Source: an uncultured Gammaproteobacteria bacterium (GTDB lineage: Bacteria > Patescibacteriota > Patescibacteriia > Magasanikbacterales > UBA922). Taken from it: a DNA stretch of 64,000 nucleotides. The position numbers were made by a program, and so were the translations under genes. The stretch is taken from NCBI GenBank assembly GCA_964612105.1, contig CAZTEU010000001.1:147437-211436 (forward strand), given 5' to 3'. The notes under the pieces are model-generated. The model saw only the letters and a program-made list of their open reading frames with translations, was not told the DNA's origin and made no database searches. Shown here in pieces: positions 7,565 to 16,508 of the stretch (position 1 is its first letter; the number at the start of each line of letters is the position of its first letter).

Positions 7565-10138
7565 ATGTTTCCTTTGTTGCAGTTTGTCGCGACTCCACAA
7601 CCTACAGAGATAAACCCTTTTGGAAATGAGGTCCTTTTAATTGTACTACTTGCTTTTATTGTAGTTGGAGTAATCGTTGGAATCTCATATATTCTTAGAG
7701 CTGTATTTCGCTCACAATCCAGATCTTCTAAAGCGTTCAATCGTGCAGTATTAAAAGTCCTAGTACCCAAAGAAAGAAAATCTGAGGGACAAGGTGGGCA
7801 GGTGGGTCAAGATGACAGGCTAGAACAAATCAAGGAGGAGATTGCTATTACAGAGAATTTCTTTGCGTCTATTGCTGGACTTAGGGCGGGAAGAGGTATT
7901 ATGAACTGGTTACGTGGTCGTGTTGATCATTTTTCTTTTGAGATAGTTGTCCACAACCAACAAATCTACTTCTATGTAGATTTACCTGTTAAAAGAAGGC
8001 AGTTTTTTGAACAGCAAATACATGCACAATTTCCTCATGCACAGATTGAAGAAATTACAGATTACAATATATTTTCAGAGAAGAGTGTAATAGTGGGCTC
8101 ATATCTAACAAGTGCACAGAGAAACGAGTTTCCCTTTAAGACGTACACTAGTCAAGAATCAGATCCGATGTCTGGAGTACTCAATGCACTTTCCAAAATA
8201 AATGAGCCAGGAAACTCAGCTGCTATACAGTTTGTTGTACGAAGCTCCAATAAAGTATGGAGGCGCAAGGGTGTGAAATTGGTAAGAGATGTAAAGAAGG
8301 GTCGCAAGTTTGAAAAAGTTGCTGCACAATCTGGATTTAACAAAGCACTTGGTCATTTTGGTGATTTCATAAGTGATCATATTTTCCATAAACCAAATGA
8401 TCCAGGTAAGGAAGAAAAATCATATCAGTTATCACCAATGGAGGAGGAAATGCTTAAAGGAATAGAAGAAAAACTAAGCAAAGGAGGAATGGATATTACT
8501 ATTCGTATACTAAGTGTCTCAAATAACGAAGAAAGTGCGCAATTGGGGTTAGATAACTTGATAGCAAGCTTTAACCAGTACAATTACTATAGGTATGGTA
8601 ATAGCTTTAAGGCAATAATGCCTCGTAATCAGTCGCTGATTATACGTGATTTTATATATCGCACATATGATGAGAAAAGAGGTTTTGTGGTAAATACAGA
8701 AGAACTTGCCTCTATGTGGCACCTTCCTCTACATTCTACAGAGGCGCCAAATATTAAGTGGTTGTCTGGGCGTAAATCTCCCCCTCCAGCAAACCTTCCA
8801 AAAGAAGGGCTAAAGCTTGGTTATGTGCAATACAGGGGTTCCAAGACAGATGTATTTATGAAAGAGGCTGACAGAAGGCGTCATCTGTATGTAATTGGTA
8901 AGTCTGGTAGTGGTAAATCTGTCTATATAGCTAACTTAGCAATACAGGACATAAAGGATGGTAAGGGGGTTGGTGTAATAGATCCACATGGTGATTTGGT
9001 AGAAGATATATTAGCTCATGTACCGAAGGAGCGTGCAGATGATGTTGTTGTTTTTGATCCTTCAGACATGGACAGGCCTATTGGTCTTAATATGTTGGAG
9101 GCAGGAACAGAAGATCAGAAAGATTTTGCTGTACAAGAAATGATATCTATATTCTATAAGCTATTCCCTCCTGAGATGATAGGTCCAATGTTTGAACATC
9201 AGATGAGAAACGTAATGCTTACACTAATGGCAGATATTAAGAATCCTGGAACTGTTATAGATATACCTAGAATGTTTACAGATGATAACTATGTAAAGGT
9301 ATACCTGAAAAACCTACGAGATCCTGTTGTTAGAGCGTTCTGGGAAAAAGAAATGGCAAAGACGAGCGACTTCCACAAATCAGAAATGCTTGGATATCTT
9401 GTCTCTAAGGTTGGTAGATTTGTAGGAAATGAGATGATGAGGAATATCATGGGACAACAGAAGTCTGGTTTTGACTTCCGTGAAATAATGGACAACAAGA
9501 AAATATTGTTAGTTAACCTTGCAAAAGGTAAGACTGGTGAAATTAATGCTAAACTGTTAGGTCTTATTGTTGTAGCAAAACTACAGATGGCTGCCATGGG
9601 AAGAGCAGATATGGCTCAGGAGGACAGGCATGATTTCTACTTATATATAGATGAGTTCCAAAACTTTATTACAGATTCTATATCTACAATACTTTCTGAG
9701 GCTAGAAAGTACAGGTTAGATCTTATTATTGCTCATCAGTACATGGGTCAGTTGGTAGACGATAAAGGAAGCGCAGACGTACGTGATGCTGTGCTTGGAA
9801 ACGCAGGAACACTTTGTGTTGGTCGTATTGGTCCTGATGATGCAGAAATACTTGCGAAAGAATTTGCTCCTGTATTTGGTTCTTATGACCTACTCAATCC
9901 CCCACCATTTTCTTATTACACTAAATTACTTATTGACGGAAAGGCAAGTAAACCTTTTAACATGGGAGCATACCCTCCTATATCCGGCAATAAGGACCTT
10001 GCAGACGCAATTAAACAGCTCTCTCGCCTAAAATATGGACGTGACAGAAGCATTGTTGAAGAAGAGATAATGGACAGAACAAAGCTTGGAGAGCCAGAGA
10101 TGCAGGGTAAAACAGACGCAGCAGAAGCAACACTATGA
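7565..10138 (+). CDS. VirB4/TrbE-like type IV secretion ATPase (HerA-FtsK superfamily), fused N-domain + ATPase
   Basis: 857 aa. N-terminal TM helix. Walker A YVIGKSGSGKS, Walker B LYIDEFQNF, then EARKYRLDLIIAHQY (an R-K...TQ/HQ-type motif). The N-terminal half is homologous to ORF 16508-17920 and the C-terminal half to ORF 57697-59496. Confidence 0.7.
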   Translation: MFPLLQFVATPQPTEINPFGNEVLLIVLLAFIVVGVIVGISYILRAVFRSQSRSSKAFNRAVLKVLVPKERKSEGQGGQVGQDDRLEQIKEEIAITENFFASIAGLRAGRGIMNWLRGRVDHFSFEIVVHNQQIYFYVDLPVKRRQFFEQQIHAQFPHAQIEEITDYNIFSEKSVIVGSYLTSAQRNEFPFKTYTSQESDPMSGVLNALSKINEPGNSAAIQFVVRSSNKVWRRKGVKLVRDVKKGRKFEKVAAQSGFNKALGHFGDFISDHIFHKPNDPGKEEKSYQLSPMEEEMLKGIEEKLSKGGMDITIRILSVSNNEESAQLGLDNLIASFNQYNYYRYGNSFKAIMPRNQSLIIRDFIYRTYDEKRGFVVNTEELASMWHLPLHSTEAPNIKWLSGRKSPPPANLPKEGLKLGYVQYRGSKTDVFMKEADRRRHLYVIGKSGSGKSVYIANLAIQDIKDGKGVGVIDPHGDLVEDILAHVPKERADDVVVFDPSDMDRPIGLNMLEAGTEDQKDFAVQEMISIFYKLFPPEMIGPMFEHQMRNVMLTLMADIKNPGTVIDIPRMFTDDNYVKVYLKNLRDPVVRAFWEKEMAKTSDFHKSEMLGYLVSKVGRFVGNEMMRNIMGQQKSGFDFREIMDNKKILLVNLAKGKTGEINAKLLGLIVVAKLQMAAMGRADMAQEDRHDFYLYIDEFQNFITDSISTILSEARKYRLDLIIAHQYMGQLVDDKGSADVRDAVLGNAGTLCVGRIGPDDAEILAKEFAPVFGSYDLLNPPPFSYYTKLLIDGKASKPFNMGAYPPISGNKDLADAIKQLSRLKYGRDRSIVEEEIMDRTKLGEPEMQGKTDAAEATL

Positions 10139-10971
10139 TTGGAGTATTATTAATGTCATTATCCACACTTCTTTCTGAGGTATCTTCATGTATTGGAAAA
10201 AAGGAAATGAAGGAACATAAGGAGACTGTGTACAGCATGGGGTTTTTAAATGTGTTTTTTATATTCTTCTTTTTTGCAATAACCCTAGTATTCTTTACAA
10301 ATGATTATAGATTTTCTATTGAGTCACTCCCCTTCTTTGCTTTACGTTTAGTTCTAGAAATTATATTAATACACATAACACTAAAAGCAATACAATTAGC
10401 TGACAGAAGCACATTTAACTTTATCCGCCTTCTTACAATACCTGGAATATTCGCTATGGATGTAATACTTGGATACTCACTTACAATAACTGAGATTATA
10501 GGTGTGCTGATTATTATATTTACACTATTATCTGTAGCAGCAAATCACAAGTTTGGAAAGAAAGGCGCTCACCTTGCGGGGGCAAGCGGGCTATTGGCGG
10601 TATTTACAGTATCTTTGTATAAATATAATATAACTCATTACAATTCCGTAGAAATTGAACAAATAATGATGACATCTATTATGCTGATATATTTATTCTT
10701 TGGTGCCACTTTTATTACAAAAGAAAGACCTATTACAATGCTAAAGAAAGGTATATTCTTTACTCAGTCTATGGCCCACGGACTAGCAGGTGTAATTGCA
10801 GGATTTGCATTCATGTTTGCACCTGCATCTGTTATTATGGCTACAAGTAGAGCAACATCTGTACTCTGGTCTATTGTGTCTGGAAATATGTATTTTCATG
10901 AAAGACACGTTGTTTCTAAAATAATATTTTTCCTACTAATACTGTGTGGATTAATATTTTTTGTGTTATAA
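10135..10971 (+). CDS. DMT/EamA-like membrane transporter (hypothetical)
   Basis: 278 aa with roughly 9-10 TM segments. ATGA overlap with the upstream gene. Confidence 0.45.
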   Translation: MIGVLLMSLSTLLSEVSSCIGKKEMKEHKETVYSMGFLNVFFIFFFFAITLVFFTNDYRFSIESLPFFALRLVLEIILIHITLKAIQLADRSTFNFIRLLTIPGIFAMDVILGYSLTITEIIGVLIIIFTLLSVAANHKFGKKGAHLAGASGLLAVFTVSLYKYNITHYNSVEIEQIMMTSIMLIYLFFGATFITKERPITMLKKGIFFTQSMAHGLAGVIAGFAFMFAPASVIMATSRATSVLWSIVSGNMYFHERHVVSKIIFFLLILCGLIFFVL

Positions 10972-10993
10972 TTGGTAAAACAAAAACAAATAT

Positions 10994-11530
10994 ATGGAAG
11001 ATGAGAAAATAGAACAGCCACAGATTGACGTGGCTAGAGTAAAACAACAATTAATATCGATGAAAGACCAGATAGATGGGATAGTTAAGTTGTTACAAGG
11101 GTCGCAAACACGTCTAATTTCTAGTACAAGCCCAAACGCTAAGATATTAGATACTGGTGAAAGAATAATAGAGGGTGTATTTGATGGGCAAACTATGATT
11201 GGAGATGATGAAGGAGAATATCATGTGGCCCCAAACTACTCCAGTAAATCAAAGCTTGTAGAGGGAGATAGGTTAAAACTAACAATAACTAACAACGGAT
11301 CATTCTTATACAAGCAGATAGCACCTGTAGAGCGTATACAAGTAGTCGGAGAGCTTACACGTGATGATGATACAAATCAGTGGGTTGTAGTATCTGAAGG
11401 TAAACCATACAAAATATTGTCTGCGTCTGTAACTTTTCACAAAGGTAAATCTGGTGATGATGTAACTATACTAATTCCAAAGGACGGTGTAGCAACATGG
11501 GGAGCGGTAGAAAACATAATTCCCAAGTAA
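10994..11530 (+). CDS. hypothetical protein
   Basis: 178-aa soluble ORF with no recognisable motif. Last gene of the + strand block 7009-11530. Confidence 0.4.
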   Translation: MEDEKIEQPQIDVARVKQQLISMKDQIDGIVKLLQGSQTRLISSTSPNAKILDTGERIIEGVFDGQTMIGDDEGEYHVAPNYSSKSKLVEGDRLKLTITNNGSFLYKQIAPVERIQVVGELTRDDDTNQWVVVSEGKPYKILSASVTFHKGKSGDDVTILIPKDGVATWGAVENIIPK

Positions 11531-11544
11531 AATCATATACCAAA

Positions 11545-11577
11545 AAAATCCCTCTAATGAGGGATTTTTTATTTTCT
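11545..11577. terminator. bidirectional rho-independent terminator
   Basis: A7-AATCCCTC-TAAT-GAGGGATT-T6 hairpin. Confidence 0.7.
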
Positions 11578-11581
11578 TCTC

Positions 11582-11878
11582 TTAACTCATGTGTGCTGAG
11601 ACAAGCTTTGTCATCTCAAACATGTTTACTTCCTTCTTTCCACCAAACAAAGGTAGAAGCTTATCATCAGCGATGATGTTTCGCTTGTTGCTTGGGTTCT
11701 GCAAGTCATTCTTCTTAATGTATTCCCAAAGTTTCTTTACCACTTGACCACGTGGCATTGGACCTTTACCTACAACTGCTTCTAGCTCTGCAGATAGTGT
11801 TAGCGGCTTTAGAAGCGCTGGATTTGCTTTTCTTGGCATAGCGTATGCTTTAAAAGTATTTAGAATTAAGTTATCCAC
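11582..11878 (-). CDS. SWIB/MDM2-domain protein
   Basis: LKPLTLSAELEAVVGKGPMPRGQVVKKLWEYIKKNDLQNPSNKRNIIADDKLLPLFGGKKEVNMFEMTKLVSAHM matches the SWIB domain consensus. Confidence 0.8.
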   Translation of the reverse strand: MDNLILNTFKAYAMPRKANPALLKPLTLSAELEAVVGKGPMPRGQVVKKLWEYIKKNDLQNPSNKRNIIADDKLLPLFGGKKEVNMFEMTKLVSAHMS

Positions 11879-11978
11879 AGCATAACATACTTATAGACAA
11901 AAGGCAATAGCAAGTCAACTTATGTTGGTTTACTAGAGTATATATATAAGATATAATTGTCTCAGTATTTAAACATAT

Positions 11979-13544
11979 ATGGCACTATATCATACATATC
12001 GTCCACAGAATTTTTCGGATGTTGTGGGTCAAGAACACATTGTAAGGACTTTGGAAAACCAGACATCCAGAGGAAAGGTTGCGCATGCATACCTATTTTC
12101 TGGTCCGCGGGGTGTTGGTAAGACTACCCTAGCTCGTATTCTGGCTAAATCTGTAAATTGTCAGAATAGGGAGGAAAATGACTCTAATCCATGCAATACA
12201 TGTCAAAGCTGTACTGATATATCCTCAACACGCTCTATAGATGTGGTTGAGATAGATGCTGCTAGCCATACAGGTGTAGATAATGTTAGGGAAAATATTA
12301 TTGAGCATGCACGATTCCAGCCAACCTCATCATCATATAAGGTGTTTATTATAGATGAGGTACACATGCTCTCCACAAGCGCATTTAATGCCCTTTTGAA
12401 GACATTAGAAGAACCTCCTGCACATGCTAAGTTTATTCTTGCTACAACAGAGCTCAAAAAGCTCCCTGAGACAATTGTATCTCGCTGTCAGAGATTTGGA
12501 TTTACTCGCGTAGCTTACAATGACCTTAAGAAACACCTTAAAAATATATCAAAGTTAGAGGAAATAGAAATAGATGATGATGTTTTGGACAGAATAATAG
12601 CTAAAAGCGATGGTTGTGTGAGAGATGCTATAAGTCTTTTTGAACAAGTTATTGCCACAGGTCAAAAACATATAGATGCAGATATTGCTAGTGCTGTTCT
12701 GCCAGTTGCAAAGTATGAGGATATTCTATTATTTGTAAGTTCTATAATAAGTAAAGATATCTCTAAATCCCTGAATACTTTGGAAGATATATTACAAGAA
12801 GGTACAGACTGCGTATTCTTGGCAGAGCAGACAATATCCTTTTTGCGTTATACTCTAATCCTAAAAAATACGCCAGGAAACACCATACCAGGTACAGATT
12901 TAGACAAAAAAACCATAGATAGTCTTGGCGAGTTAGGTGCTTCTATATCCTCAGGAGAGTTGGTCAATCTTATAGATATCTTTTTACACAGGAAAACCCA
13001 CATTCGCACCAGTCCAATTCCCCAACTTCCAATTGAGATGGCAATAATAAAGTGGTCTGGTGAAAACAATACAGCTCAAGTAAAAAAAAATAATGTAGAG
13101 GGTGGAGAAGAAAAAAAAGAAATAGAAACTGTGGAAAAGGTTGCTAAAGAAGAGTCTATTACAGTGGAATCCAAAAAAGAAGTAGCTTCCTCTACACCCT
13201 CAAGTGAAACAGCGCAAGGTGAAGTAACGAAGAAAGATATAGACGACAATTGGGCTAAATTCAAAACCACCATTGAATCTGTAAGCCCATCTCTAGGTTT
13301 TTTGCTGAACATGACAACAATTAGAGACGTGAAAGACAATACGGTTATGTTGTCTGTCCCCTACCCTATACACAAAGATAAACTAACGGAACTACAAACA
13401 AAAACGCAGATAGAAACTATATTCTCTGATTTATTATGCTCACCAGTAAAGATTGATGTGGTAGTAGGGCAAGGAGAAGACAAAAAGACAGATTCAGAAC
13501 TAAATGAACTAGCTTCATTAGTAGGTGGAACAGTAATACCTTAG
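11979..13544 (+). CDS. dnaX: DNA polymerase III subunit gamma/tau
   Basis: AAA+ Walker A GPRGVGKTTLARILAK, DExx box FIIDEVHML, and zinc module CNTCQSC. Confidence 0.85.
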   Translation: MALYHTYRPQNFSDVVGQEHIVRTLENQTSRGKVAHAYLFSGPRGVGKTTLARILAKSVNCQNREENDSNPCNTCQSCTDISSTRSIDVVEIDAASHTGVDNVRENIIEHARFQPTSSSYKVFIIDEVHMLSTSAFNALLKTLEEPPAHAKFILATTELKKLPETIVSRCQRFGFTRVAYNDLKKHLKNISKLEEIEIDDDVLDRIIAKSDGCVRDAISLFEQVIATGQKHIDADIASAVLPVAKYEDILLFVSSIISKDISKSLNTLEDILQEGTDCVFLAEQTISFLRYTLILKNTPGNTIPGTDLDKKTIDSLGELGASISSGELVNLIDIFLHRKTHIRTSPIPQLPIEMAIIKWSGENNTAQVKKNNVEGGEEKKEIETVEKVAKEESITVESKKEVASSTPSSETAQGEVTKKDIDDNWAKFKTTIESVSPSLGFLLNMTTIRDVKDNTVMLSVPYPIHKDKLTELQTKTQIETIFSDLLCSPVKIDVVVGQGEDKKTDSELNELASLVGGTVIP

Positions 13545-13545
13545 T

Positions 13546-14544
13546 ATGCACACTCGCCTGTTACTCTCTTTTTCTATTTCCATTATCATATGTGGTACTT
13601 TTTCTTATATCTCACCAGTATTTAGTGCAGGAAATAGTATATCTGTACCATTTACATCACAAGCACCTTTATCAGATTGGAGACAGCCATGGCAGGATGC
13701 ATGCGAAGAGGCAACAATTGTAATGATAGATAATTACTATGGAGATACTAAGCCAGATAAATACGAGGCGCGTGATCAAATTAGGCATTTACTTAAATTA
13801 AAGAAAAAAACGTATGGATATAGTTTGGACGAACCAGCGCAGGAAATTGTAGATATTATTAACTCATTCTATAAGTGGGAAGCATATATTGTGGACTCTC
13901 CAACATTAGAACAGCTAAAAGGTGAAATAGATCTACAAAGACCTGTCCTTGTTCCTACCCATGGTAAATTTCTATATAATCCTCACTTTATAGGAAGAGG
14001 TCCTGACTATCATACAATTGTAATATCTGGTTATGATGATGAAACCAGAGAGTTTATTACACAAGAACCGGGGACACGGCATGGGCTTGACTTTCGCTAC
14101 TCTTATGATACAATCCTCAACGCAATGCATGACTATCGTCCAGGTGGTAAAACCTCATCCGGCGCAAAAGTAGCCATATTTACTCGCCACACCCACACAA
14201 TCCTCTCTGGAGGATTAGATACAGACCATGATGGCCTTAGCAAGGAGGATGAGCTCGAGCACAACACCATATTATGGCTCTCTGACAGCGATGGAGATGG
14301 ATATAGTGATGGAGAAGAGGTAAGTAAAGGATACTCCCCCACAGCGTCATTTTACAATGCAAAGCACGGAGATTTACTATTATCTTCAAATAGCCCCAAA
14401 GTCTATCTAATTGAGAATGGGAAAAAGCGACACATCCTAAATGAACATGTATTTATACGATATAAGTTTAACTGGGGGGATATAAAAAAAGTAGACCAAC
14501 ATGTTTTAGACTCTCTGGAAGATGCACCTGTCCTTACAATATAA
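13546..14544 (+). CDS. secreted C39-like (papain-fold) peptidase-domain protein with Ca-binding-type D-x-D-x-DG repeats
   Basis: Signal peptide. VPFTSQAPLSDW...ACEEATIVMIDNYYG (Peptidase_C39_2-like) followed by a His motif. C-terminal DTDHDGLSKEDE / DSDGDGYSDGEE thrombospondin-type-3-like repeats. Confidence 0.5.
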   Translation: MHTRLLLSFSISIIICGTFSYISPVFSAGNSISVPFTSQAPLSDWRQPWQDACEEATIVMIDNYYGDTKPDKYEARDQIRHLLKLKKKTYGYSLDEPAQEIVDIINSFYKWEAYIVDSPTLEQLKGEIDLQRPVLVPTHGKFLYNPHFIGRGPDYHTIVISGYDDETREFITQEPGTRHGLDFRYSYDTILNAMHDYRPGGKTSSGAKVAIFTRHTHTILSGGLDTDHDGLSKEDELEHNTILWLSDSDGDGYSDGEEVSKGYSPTASFYNAKHGDLLLSSNSPKVYLIENGKKRHILNEHVFIRYKFNWGDIKKVDQHVLDSLEDAPVLTI

Positions 14545-14547
14545 CAC

Positions 14548-14618
14548 TCGGAGATCGTCTAATGGTAGGACTCCAGGTTCTGGTCCTGGCTATCGGGGTT
14601 CGAATCCCTGTCTCCGAA
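14548..14618 (+). tRNA. tRNA-Gln (anticodon CUG)
   Basis: Cloverleaf with acceptor TCGGAGA/TCTCCGA (U1-A72), D-arm GTCT-AATGGTA-GGAC, anticodon stem CCAGG/CCTGG with loop TTCTGGT, and T-arm CGGGG-TTCGAAT-CCCTG. Discriminator A. CCA is not encoded. Confidence 0.8.
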
Positions 14619-14622
14619 CAAT

Positions 14623-15459
14623 ATGCTACTAAAAGGAAAACCCTTAGCGGACAAAATTAACAAAGACACGGCTAAGCGTGTGAAAAAAATAAAGAAAGCT
14701 GGTATAAATCCCAAACTTTCTGTTGTTTTAGTAGGAGAAGATGCTCCATCAAAGACTTATGTAAAGAAAAAAGCTGAGATGGCAGAAAAAGTGGGGCTAG
14801 ACTTTGCACTTATAAAACTTCCTGCAAAATCTACAAAAGAAGAAATAATCAAAAAACTTAAGAAAATACAAAAGGATAAAAATCTATTTGGACTAATCGT
14901 GCAATTACCACTTCCGGAACCGTTATATACAGATGATGTGATTAATGCAATTGATTCATCAGTAGATGTAGATTGCCTTACAAACGAAAGCTTAGGTAAG
15001 TTAATGATGAAAACAAATATTATTTCTCCACCAACACCAAATGCTGTAATGAGTATAATAGAAGATCAGAAAATAAATGTATCTGGTAAAAATATAGTAA
15101 TTATAGGTGTGGGAGCGCTTGTTGGAAAGCCACTATCTGTAATGTTAATGAACAAACGAGCTAGTGTTACTACCTGCAACAGCTCTACAAAAGATACAAA
15201 AGAAAAGTGCCTTAAGGCAGACATTATTGTTACAGGAATTGGAAAGCCTCACATAGTTACTAAAGATATGGTTAATAAAGGAACCATAGTAATAGATGCT
15301 GGAGTTGACTTTCCAAACGGAAAAATTAGTGGAGATGTGGATTATAAGGACTTGGACAAAAAAGGGTGTAGGGTAACGCCAACCCCAGGCGGTGTGGGAC
15401 CATTAACTGTCGCTCACTTGCTGAGAAATACAGTTATACTGGCAGAAAACAAAGACTAG
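14623..15459 (+). CDS. folD: bifunctional methylene-THF dehydrogenase/cyclohydrolase
   Basis: Collinear with E. coli FolD: LSVVLVGED...LIVQLPLP...VIGVGALVGKP...PTPGGVGPLTVAHL. Starts 5 nt after the tRNA. Confidence 0.85.
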   Translation: MLLKGKPLADKINKDTAKRVKKIKKAGINPKLSVVLVGEDAPSKTYVKKKAEMAEKVGLDFALIKLPAKSTKEEIIKKLKKIQKDKNLFGLIVQLPLPEPLYTDDVINAIDSSVDVDCLTNESLGKLMMKTNIISPPTPNAVMSIIEDQKINVSGKNIVIIGVGALVGKPLSVMLMNKRASVTTCNSSTKDTKEKCLKADIIVTGIGKPHIVTKDMVNKGTIVIDAGVDFPNGKISGDVDYKDLDKKGCRVTPTPGGVGPLTVAHLLRNTVILAENKD

Positions 15460-15476
15460 ACTATTAAATCACCACA

Positions 15477-15507
15477 AAACAGCTTTATCTAAAGCTGTTT
15501 TTGTTTT
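15477..15507. terminator. bidirectional terminator
   Basis: AAACAGCTTT-atct-AAAGCTGTTT hairpin followed by a T-run. Confidence 0.65.
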
Positions 15508-16454
15508 AATAGACTTTCCAATTCTTCCATACTTGTGACCCTTACTAACTTACTTCTAAACTCTTTTATTCCTGGAACCTCGAAGCCTATCTTATTTGTC
15601 TTAAAATACCAGGCTAAATGCTTCCTAAAGGTTACTATTCCCCTCTCACCATAGTGCTGTACATGAAGTTTTGCATGTTCTAGTACAACGTTAATCCTCT
15701 CATCCCAAGCAGTGATATAATCCGGATCTAGTGTTTGTTTAAAAAACCAAGGATTCCCTAAAGCCCCTCTAGCAATAAGAACCCCATCGCATTTGGTTTG
15801 CTCTAGCGCCTCTTCTACCTGCTCTGGCTTATGCACATCTCCATTAGCAATAAACGGCACATTTGCAATCTCCTTCCCCTCTCGTATCCTTTCCCAATCA
15901 CTCTTACCACTATATCCTTGTTTCTTTGTTCTTCCATGCATTGTAATTAAATCTGCGCCAGCATCCTCCAGTACGGGTATAAAAGTCTTAAAGGTATCTG
16001 GATCGTCCCAGCCTAGTCGTATCTTTACAGACAAAGGAGTGTTACCTATTTCTTTTTTTACAGCTTTAACTATTTTACTTGCTCTTTCTGGTTCTTTCAT
16101 TAAGGCAGCGCCGTTAAAGTTACTTGTTAGCTTGTACACAGGACAGCCCATGTTTATATCTATTCCTTCTGGAGATGCATGCTCCATTATTATGGATGCC
16201 GATTTTGCCATCACATCTGCGTCAGCACCAAATATCTGTTGCACTATTGGGCGTTCTACATCAACAAAGTCTGTCATACCAAGCGTCTTCTCATTTTCTC
16301 TTATTATTGCTTCTGAACTTACCATTTCACGAAAAACAATATCAGCACCACCTATCTTCCTAACAATTTGGCAAAATGGAGAATCTGTCATATCTGCCAT
16401 TGGAGATAGTGCTAATATTTTTTTGTTTTGTGATAATATGTCTTCTATCCACAT
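15489..16454 (-). CDS. tRNA-dihydrouridine synthase (DusB-like)
   Basis: TIM-barrel Dus motifs LSPMADMTDSPF, NMGCPV and KIRLGWD. 321 aa. Confidence 0.8.
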   Translation of the reverse strand: MWIEDILSQNKKILALSPMADMTDSPFCQIVRKIGGADIVFREMVSSEAIIRENEKTLGMTDFVDVERPIVQQIFGADADVMAKSASIIMEHASPEGIDINMGCPVYKLTSNFNGAALMKEPERASKIVKAVKKEIGNTPLSVKIRLGWDDPDTFKTFIPVLEDAGADLITMHGRTKKQGYSGKSDWERIREGKEIANVPFIANGDVHKPEQVEEALEQTKCDGVLIARGALGNPWFFKQTLDPDYITAWDERINVVLEHAKLHVQHYGERGIVTFRKHLAWYFKTNKIGFEVPGIKEFRSKLVRVTSMEELESLLKQKQL

Positions 16455-16486
16455 AATGCATGATTATAACAAGTGTAAATAAAAAA

Positions 16487-16508
16487 ACAAGCCCCTTATG
16501 GGACTTGT
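16487..16508 (-). terminator. rho-independent terminator (CCCCUUAUGGG loop family)
   Basis: ACAAGTCCC-ATAA-GGGGCTTGT followed by T7 on the minus strand. Confidence 0.65.

Noticed and set aside
15793-16482. Plus-strand ORF 15793-16482 (229 aa) and 16124-16363
   Set aside because: They are antisense to the well-supported Dus gene. Their translations are Ser/Leu-rich low-complexity.
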